The notes under the pieces are model-generated. The model saw only the letters and a program-made list of their open reading frames with translations. It ran no database searches and was not told the origin of the DNA. 64,000 nt of DNA, from positions 23,161-87,160 of the forward strand of contig JAEDGC010000001.1 in the NCBI GenBank assembly GCA_016297695.1, given 5' to 3'. Shown in pieces: positions 17,704 to 22,541 of this stretch (the stretch's first letter is position 1; every line of letters starts with the position of its first letter). The position numbers were made by a program, and so were the translations under genes. This DNA is from Bacilli bacterium. GTDB lineage: Bacteria; Bacillota_I; Bacilli_A; RF39; UBA660.

Positions 17704-17740
17704 GTATATATATTATAACAAAAATTTTTTAAAATTTCAA
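17704..17740 (-). promoter_or_regulatory. class-2 promoter, copy 3
   Basis: TTGAAA-TTTTAAAAAATTTTTGT-TATAAT upstream of tRNA-Met. Confidence 0.6.
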
Positions 17741-18177
17741 AAGTAACAAATGTAATCAACATCTTCGTCATAACTTGGAGTTTCAAAATTTTTATACATT
17801 CTTTCAATAACTGACTCAGGAACGACTCTTTGTCTATTTGAATTTCTTTCAAGAGCAGTATCAATTGGAGTTTTACAATAGCAAATTACATTATTACAAT
17901 TGTATTCTCTACCAATATCAGTAATAATTTTTCTATCTTTTTTTCGGATATTGGTAGCATCAAAAATAACATTCTCACCAAGAGATAAATAATTTCTTAT
18001 TCTTGAATAAGCAAGAGAAAAAACTTCTTTGCCATTGCCTTGAATGTTTTCATCTCCGTATAATTCTTCTCTAATGGAATCAGTTGAAACAATGTTACCA
18101 TTGAAAAATTTTGCAATTGTAGATTTACCACTTGCGGGGATGCCGCACATTATGATTAAATTCATTCTATGCTCCAC
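17737..18177 (-). CDS. polynucleotide 5'-kinase-like P-loop protein (T4 Pnk kinase-domain-like)
   Basis: Walker A GIPASGKST, then STDSIRE (D-x-x-R spacing as in T4 Pnk D35/R38), FDATNIR, and RNSNRQRVVPESVIERMYKNF (compare T4 [22 protein letters not shown]). No phosphatase domain. The real start may be ATG 18165. Confidence 0.65.
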   Translation of the reverse strand: MEHRMNLIIMCGIPASGKSTIAKFFNGNIVSTDSIREELYGDENIQGNGKEVFSLAYSRIRNYLSLGENVIFDATNIRKKDRKIITDIGREYNCNNVICYCKTPIDTALERNSNRQRVVPESVIERMYKNFETPSYDEDVDYICYF

Positions 18178-18395
18178 TTTCTAAATAAGTTGATTATTTC
18201 CTCAGAAGGTTCAGAATCAAACTCAACAGTAAGAACGCCAGATAAATCAATAGAGAAAATTCCCATAATTGACTTACCATCTACCGCATAGTGCATATTC
18301 CTAACAGTGATTCTACCATTAAACTTGTTTGCCGCATCAACAAAAGACTTAACATCATCTATTGTATTCAGCTTCATTTTAAATAAACTCTGCAT
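18162..18395 (-). CDS. HPr-like small protein lacking the catalytic His
   Basis: 77 aa. ...KLNTIDDVKSFVDAA...VDGKSIMGIFSIDLS..LTVEF... resembles the clostridial HPr-family-like proteins (from memory). Confidence 0.45.
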   Translation of the reverse strand: MQSLFKMKLNTIDDVKSFVDAANKFNGRITVRNMHYAVDGKSIMGIFSIDLSGVLTVEFDSEPSEEIINLFRKWSIE

Positions 18396-18416
18396 TTTTT
18401 TAACTCCTTTCTTAAT

Positions 18417-18455
18417 TTCTATAAATATTATAACAAAAATTTTTTAAAATTTCAA
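18417..18455 (-). promoter_or_regulatory. class-2 promoter, copy 4
   Basis: TTGAAATTTTAAAAAATTTTTGTTATAATATTTATAGAA upstream of 18395. Confidence 0.6.
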
Positions 18456-18460
18456 TAAAC

Positions 18461-18498
18461 AAAAAAAGGGGAAGAGCAGAAAACTAAGTTCTGCTCTT
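18461..18498 (-). terminator. terminator closing the upstream tRNA transcription unit
   Basis: Stem AAGAGCAGAA/TTCTGCTCTT followed by CCCCTTTTTTT on the minus strand. Confidence 0.7.
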
Positions 18499-18522
18499 TA
18501 AGAAAAGGAATGTTGTTACAAG

Positions 18523-18611
18523 TGGCGGCGGACAAAGGTGTCGATCCCTATAGGAGTAAACCTACGCATTGTTTTCAAGACAAGCCTAATTGCCGAATTA
18601 GTTTATCCGCC
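18523..18611 (-). tRNA. tRNA-Ser (UGA), type II, atypical T-loop
   Basis: GGCGGAT...loop CTTGAAA...variable arm TAGG/CCTA...ATCGACA T-loop...GTCCGCC-G-CCA. The anticodon stem and T-arm are weak. Confidence 0.5.
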
Positions 18612-19004
18612 GTATATAAAACTGGACTGTCTTTTGATTATTTACTTCGACTTGCGAGCAGTCCAGAGTAGTAAATAACCTCTTGTTAGTCATCTGCTAC
18701 GAAGCAGCTCGGCGGCAGTATATATCATTTCAACTTACCGCAGGCTGCAAGCCTTTTTCTAACAAAAATATTAAGAAGAAGCCTTCAGCCATAGGAGCAG
18801 CTTCCATGCATCCTTACTAACGAGATGTGTAAGGACATTAGATTATGATTCTTTTAAAATTAATGGTTGTCCTATCCTTGAGAAGTTGCTGTTATGCTCG
18901 CTTGATAGATGACTATTTAAGCTACACTGTTACACCATTCAATAAAATTTAAAAATCGACTCTAATGTTTACTACCCGCCTATATTCACAGCTCTTAATA
19001 TTGT
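18612..19004 (-). ncRNA. 393-nt structured RNA with group-I-intron-like P, Q, R, S strings and no ORF
   Basis: Minus-strand order: CCTGCGGTAAGTTGAAAT (18744-18727), ACTGCCGCCGAGC (18719-18707), GCAGATGACTAACAAGAGG (18697-18679), AAAAGACAGTCCAG (18635-18622). GCGG/CCGC and GACT/AGTC can pair as P4 and P7. No exons identified. Confidence 0.4.
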
Positions 19005-19099
19005 TGGCGGAGGCGGACGGACTTGAACCATCACACCAGTATAAACTGATTACTCTCGGTTTAGCAAACCGATCCCTTACCAATTAGGGTTACGCCTCC
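19005..19099 (-). tRNA. tRNA-Ser (GCU), type II
   Basis: GGAGGCG...TCGGT-TTGCTAA-ACCGA-(long variable arm)-GATGG-TTCAAGT-CCGTC-CGCCTCC-G-CCA. Confidence 0.75.
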
Positions 19100-19104
19100 A
19101 TATA

Positions 19105-19181
19105 TGGTACGGAGATTGAGATTCGAACTCAAGATCTTCTGAATATCAGTCAGATGCTTTAACCAACTAAGCCATCTCCGC
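19105..19181 (-). tRNA. tRNA-Ile (GAU)
   Basis: GCGGAGA-TG-GCTT-AGTTGGTTA-AAGC-A-TCTGA-CTGATAT-TCAGA-..-TTGAG-TTCGAAT-CTCAA-TCTCCGT-A-CCA. Confidence 0.8.
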
Positions 19182-19186
19182 ATATT

Positions 19187-19263
19187 TGGTACGAGTGCTG
19201 GGATTCGAACCCAGAAACGGAGGTACTTGAAGCCTCTGTGTCTACCAATTGCACCACACTCGT
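19187..19263 (-). tRNA. tRNA with CAA anticodon, Leu-like D-arm but short variable loop
   Basis: ACGAGTG-TG-GTG-CAATTGGTAGA-CAC-A-GAGGC-TTCAAGT-ACCTC-CGTTT-CTGGG-TTCGAAT-CCCAG-CACTCGT-A-CCA. C31-A39 mismatch. Class-I architecture. Confidence 0.55.
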
Positions 19264-19363
19264 ATATTAAAGTATGTCTTTCTGTTGTGATTACGGTTAC
19301 GGGTGGAAAACATACAAACCTAATAACCTACTTGTTTTAAAGTTGCAAGACTCAACTTATTAA

Positions 19364-19463
19364 TCAACAGGCATGGATTTGCACCATACATAACAACATC
19401 GTTTGTCTTGTTCTGTATATAAATAACACTCATACTAGCGTCTACCTATTCCGCCACTGTTGA
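19364..19463 (-). pseudogene. aberrant Leu-type tRNA-like gene (100 nt)
   Basis: TCAACAG-TG-GCGGAATAGGTAGACGC (Leu-type D-arm) ... TATGG-TGCAAAT-CCATG-(C)-CTGTTGA. No anticodon arm could be folded. No CCA. Confidence 0.3.
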
Positions 19464-19490
19464 TTATTATTCTATTTCTAATATTTCTTT

Positions 19491-19616
19491 TGGTGCGGAG
19501 AATGGGATTCGAACCCACACTGAATGGATTTTTGGTGCGAAATATTGGGGTTGAACCAATTTAATGATACCGATCATTTCGCAAGTCCATTGCCTCTGCC
19601 GTTGGGCTATCTCCAC
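19491..19616 (-). tRNA. tRNA (anticodon UAA after insert removal) interrupted after U34 by a 50-nt minihelix
   Basis: GTGGAGA-TA-GCCC-AACGGCAG-AGGC-A-ATGGA-CTT[insert]AAAA-TCCAT-TCAGT-GTGGG-TTCGAAT-CCCAT-TCTCCGC-A-CCA. Confidence 0.65.
19533..19582 (-). ncRNA. nested acceptor/T-arm minihelix with CCA
   Basis: GCGAAAT-(GATCGGTATC-ATTAA)-ATTGG-TTCAACC-CCAAT-ATTTCGC-A-CCA. Perfect 7-bp acceptor and 5-bp T-stem. Confidence 0.6.
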
Positions 19617-19650
19617 ATATTATAAAAGCTAAGATTATTATACTTAGCTT

Positions 19651-19728
19651 TGGTGACGGAAACAGGATTTGAACTTGTAAAAACCTGCTCACTAAGACAG
19701 GCGTGTATGCCAATTCCACCATTCCGCC
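19651..19728 (-). tRNA. tRNA with an 8-nt anticodon loop (CUUAGUGA; UAG-type)
   Basis: GGCGGAA-TG-GTG..CAC-G-CCTGT-CTTAGTGA-GCAGG-TTTTT-ACAAG-TTCAAAT-CCTGT-TTCCGTC-A-CCA. One extra U relative to a canonical CUUAGGA loop. Class-I variable loop. Confidence 0.5.
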
Positions 19729-19735
19729 ATATATT

Positions 19736-19810
19736 ATTTGAGTTTTAACCTGTTAAACTATCAACCACCTCCATGAGGCAGTTGAGTGAGATTCGAACTC
19801 ACATTCAAAT
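19736..19810 (-). ncRNA. circularly permuted tRNA mimic (closed acceptor, open anticodon stem)
   Basis: ATTTG-AAT-GTGAG-TTCGAAT-CTCAC-TCAACTG-[CCTC-ATG-GAGG cap]-TGGTTGA-TA-GTTT-AACAGGTTA-AAAC-T-CAAAT. All tRNA helices are present, in the order 3' half, cap, 5' half. Confidence 0.55.
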
Positions 19811-20047
19811 AATATTTTTTTCGTATGGCAATGTATTAAACCTCTGCAGTGTACTTCTACAGCGTGCAACTCATACACCAACCCCATTTTCGGCTATATC
19901 CATACTTGTCCAGACAAACAACTTATAAGGAGTTGCCAACCTTCAACTTTCGTATGAGCACGGGTGAGTATCCGGACTATCACCTTTATTTTGTGCTATT
20001 AGTTATAATCCAGACTACACCACGAGGAGGTTGCACTATCGTAGTCC
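19811..20047 (-). ncRNA. about 240-nt structured RNA 5' of the permuted tRNA mimic
   Basis: R-like TCAGAGGACTACGA and S-like AAAGGTGATAGTCCGG (GGACTA/TAGTCC can pair). Long-range helix CGTGCTCATAC/GTATGAG..GCACG. GAAA loops. A CCTTATAAG...TATGG receptor-like motif. Confidence 0.4.
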
Positions 20048-20784
20048 TCTGAGTGAAGAGAATCGAACTCTTGTTTCCGGATCCAGTAAAAAATACTCTT
20101 ATAAAACAGGGAACTCCTTATATTTCCAATAATAATTATAAGCCATTTTATTTTTTGCTATGCTCTCCTTAATATATCTTATTTGTCTATCGTCAAACTT
20201 TTGTTTTAACTCTTCTGTTGTCCATAATTTTTCTTCCTCTAAATCAGAATAAGAAATAAATCTGTTATCAGAGTACTTTTTTATAGGAGTTTGAGTTATT
20301 ATTGATTGAATCACATTATCTATTAAATAATCTGAAGCGATAGACATTGTAGATTGTATTCCTTTTTTAGGTGATTTAATCCGTAAATACTTTTCAGTTG
20401 AAACTTCACCAATAGGAATTAAAAATCCGTATTCTTTCCAAGAAGTATAAAAATAATCAACTTCTTTTTCTGAATAAGTATATTTTGTTGTTTTTTGAGT
20501 ATTAGTTGTACTTCTCGTAGCAGACATTTTTAATACACCTTCATCTTCTGAATAAGAAGATGCTTTACACTGTATTTTATATAATTTATCATTAATATCA
20601 ACGATTAAATCATATCGACAAGAACCGCTAAATGGAATACTACAATAATACCCTCTTTTTTGAAAATCTAAGATACATTGGAGTTCATTTACATCGCCAC
20701 GAATTAAAGTGCTATCCATAGCAAACTGTTTTATATTAAAGTTTTTCTACCAAATCCGGGGGCTTACCTCTAACCGACACCCAG
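20048..20784 (-). tRNA. tRNA-Pro (UGG) interrupted in the anticodon loop by a 666-nt ORF-bearing insert
   Basis: 5' half CTGGGTG-TC-GGTT-AGAGGTA-AGCC-C-CCGGA-TTTGG. 3' half GA-TCCGG-AAAC-AAGAG-TTCGATT-CTCTT-CACTCAG-A. C1-G72/A73 as in bacterial tRNA-Pro. No CCA. Confidence 0.65.
20099..20719 (-). CDS. PD-(D/E)XK homing endonuclease (I-Ssp6803I-like, from memory)
   Basis: 206 aa. GDVNELQ...RYDLIVD...YKIQCK gives the E/D...QxK catalytic pattern of the intron-encoded PD-(D/E)XK family. Fills almost the whole insert in tRNA-Pro. Confidence 0.55.
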   Translation of the reverse strand: MDSTLIRGDVNELQCILDFQKRGYYCSIPFSGSCRYDLIVDINDKLYKIQCKASSYSEDEGVLKMSATRSTTNTQKTTKYTYSEKEVDYFYTSWKEYGFLIPIGEVSTEKYLRIKSPKKGIQSTMSIASDYLIDNVIQSIITQTPIKKYSDNRFISYSDLEEEKLWTTEELKQKFDDRQIRYIKESIAKNKMAYNYYWKYKEFPVL

Positions 20785-20818
20785 TTATTACATAAGGCTG
20801 TTTTTTTGTTTAACCTTA

Positions 20819-20854
20819 TGTATATATTATAACAAAAATTTTTTAAAATTTCAA
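20819..20854 (-). promoter_or_regulatory. class-2 promoter, copy 5
   Basis: TTGAAATTTTAAAAAATTTTTGTTATAATATATACA upstream of the split tRNA-Pro. Confidence 0.6.
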
Positions 20855-20855
20855 T

Positions 20856-20981
20856 TTATGCTTTATTCTGCATTTTTCTTATTCTTCTACGCAGTTTAGA
20901 AATAATTGCCGCATTTGATACTGGATCTTTCTCTGAAAGGATCCTTATTCGATTTTCATAACTTTCAATAGTTCTATTCAT
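20856..20981 (-). CDS. 41-aa basic protein
   Basis: Hand-verified MNRTIESYENRIRILSEKDPVSNAAIISKLRRRIRKMQNKA* with a GAAAGGAA RBS, downstream of promoter copy 6. Confidence 0.45.
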   Translation of the reverse strand: MNRTIESYENRIRILSEKDPVSNAAIISKLRRRIRKMQNKA

Positions 20982-21002
20982 AAAAATTATTCCTTTCTTA
21001 AT

Positions 21003-21041
21003 TTCTATAAATATTATAACAAAAATTTTTTAAAATTTCAA
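21003..21041 (-). promoter_or_regulatory. class-2 promoter, copy 6
   Basis: Identical box TTGAAATTTTAAAAAATTTTTGTTATAATATTTATAGAA. Confidence 0.6.
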
Positions 21042-21076
21042 TTAAGTATTTTTATCTAAAAAATAATTTATTATAA

Positions 21077-21613
21077 TTAAACTGTGTTACCCAATCTTTT
21101 GATTAAATTTACTCCGGATTTAGTATAATAATCAGTCAATGTAATTTCATAGACTTTAATATCATATACCCCATTGTCAATAAGTCTTACATGGTCTCTA
21201 TATATTCCTATAATCCTTCCGCCGCATTTTTCTACTATTTTATCATATGCTTTTTCCGCAGGATTACCTTTGACAACATAAAAATTGATTTTATGAAAAT
21301 GAAATTTTTCAAATATATCTTTAATAGCTTTTATCAAATCTCTTGCAAAAGTAAGTTTATCATTATCAGAAAAATCTATTATTCTAACATCATAAATAGA
21401 ATTAGTTTGACGATTGATACTATAACTTATATATCCTATTATCTCTTGTTCTGAATTTATAGATACATACTGATGTTGCGCCCAAGTATCCTCCGCAACT
21501 TCAAAATCATTATAATAATATTGAGAATTATAGTATTTATATTTTTCATTAAACCATATAGACTGCATTTTAGACTTTAATTCATCCGCATATTTTACAG
21601 CTAAGTCTAACAT
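21077..21613 (-). CDS. GNAT-family N-acetyltransferase-like protein
   Basis: 178 aa. ...FYVVKGNPAEKAYDKIVEKCGGRIIG... matches the GNAT motif A region. Confidence 0.5.
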   Translation of the reverse strand: MLDLAVKYADELKSKMQSIWFNEKYKYYNSQYYYNDFEVAEDTWAQHQYVSINSEQEIIGYISYSINRQTNSIYDVRIIDFSDNDKLTFARDLIKAIKDIFEKFHFHKINFYVVKGNPAEKAYDKIVEKCGGRIIGIYRDHVRLIDNGVYDIKVYEITLTDYYTKSGVNLIKRLGNTV

Positions 21614-21930
21614 TAGTTAACCTCCTTATTTGTTCTCCTATATTTTTCAATAAGGTCCCATCTTTTGTTTAACTCTTTAACAATAGCGTCACAATCTTTA
21701 GAATCTGTAAATACTAAATAAGGGTATTTGCCATTTATAATAGTGGCATTATAATGTTTTACCGCATATTTAAGAAAATCTACATATGACAAATTAAAAA
21801 GTCTTGCAAAAATTACATTATAAGTAGTATCGCACCTTAAGTCTGGCTCCTGCTCCCATATCTCCAAAGTAATTGCTACTCTTCTTAATTTAGCATTAGT
21901 TAAAGATTCAGCGTTTTCAAATACTTTCAT
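21613..21930 (-). CDS. hypothetical protein
   Basis: 105 aa. Start/stop overlap with both neighbours. Confidence 0.5.
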   Translation of the reverse strand: MKVFENAESLTNAKLRRVAITLEIWEQEPDLRCDTTYNVIFARLFNLSYVDFLKYAVKHYNATIINGKYPYLVFTDSKDCDAIVKELNKRWDLIEKYRRTNKEVN

Positions 21931-22211
21931 TAATTAAATTCCTTTCTAAATTTTTCTATTTCATCTATTTCTTCTTGTGATATTTGTAAAATTTCACACC
22001 AGTCTTTATCAAAGTCAGCTAAGTTTAAATTGACGTTATAATCAGGAATATCAGATAAAATAAGTTGATTATCTGGTTTATAATTAGGATCAATATATTT
22101 AGATACTGTTGCTGGAGATATTCCTAATCGTTTAGCAACTTGACTTTTGATGCCTAAAACAAAGTAAAGTTCGTTAATTTTTTTAATTGTCTCTGAGGAA
22201 GTACGCGCCAT
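21930..22211 (-). CDS. HTH DNA-binding protein
   Basis: ATG 22211 after AAAGGAG. VAKRLGISPATVSKYI helix-turn-helix. Confidence 0.55.
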   Translation of the reverse strand: MARTSSETIKKINELYFVLGIKSQVAKRLGISPATVSKYIDPNYKPDNQLILSDIPDYNVNLNLADFDKDWCEILQISQEEIDEIEKFRKEFN

Positions 22212-22229
22212 AGATAGCTCCTTTCTGCT

Positions 22230-22263
22230 CATAAAAAAGCACCTTTTTTGATGAGAAGGTGCT
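22230..22263 (-). terminator. leader terminator/attenuator between promoter copy 7 and the HTH gene
   Basis: AGCACCTT/AAGGTGCT hairpin plus TTTTTTAT on the minus strand, 20 nt upstream of the start codon. Confidence 0.5.
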
Positions 22264-22357
22264 GAAACTCAAAATGAAAAGGAATTAAAATTAATTAAGA
22301 TACAAGTGGAGTTTAATTAAAGCTACAAACTTTAATTAAACATATTTATTCTTTATT

Positions 22358-22396
22358 TTCTATAAATATTATAACAAAAATTTTTTAAAAAATCAA
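22358..22396 (-). promoter_or_regulatory. class-2 promoter, copy 7
   Basis: TTGATTTTTTAAAAAATTTTTGTTATAATATTTATAGAA. Confidence 0.55.
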
Positions 22397-22541
22397 ATCA
22401 ATCCTCATATAGAATTTTCTTATTTTCCTGTCTATTAAAGCTACCTTTACCTTTGCGGAGTTTAGATGTTCCTTTTCTTTTTTTAAAATGGAAAAATAAC
22501 TGTAGTTCTTCTCCTGTTTTTTTATTTAAATTTTTCATTAT

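Noticed and set aside
18612-19004. Phage-encoded RNase P RNA or tmRNA.
   Set aside because: The size fits and there are short resemblances (TGCCGCCGAG, TGCTCGCA). But the GAGGAAAGTCC-type P4 strand, a tag reading frame and a T-arm/CCA 3' end are all absent or in the wrong order. Group-I-like order fits better, although that also remains unproven.
19800-20050. Group I intron on the + strand, considered because TATAATCC...CCACGAGG here resembles the S-like string of the terL intron.
   Set aside because: All neighbouring RNA genes and promoters are on the - strand. The - strand reading gives the better R/S pair and long-range helices. The shared 8-mer may be coincidental.
22398-22539. Apparent small ORF with a strong GGAG RBS after gene 22542..23006.
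   Set aside because: Careful re-translation gives only 18 codons before a TAA. The apparent RBS is the last codons (GAT AAG GAG TAA) of the upstream gene.
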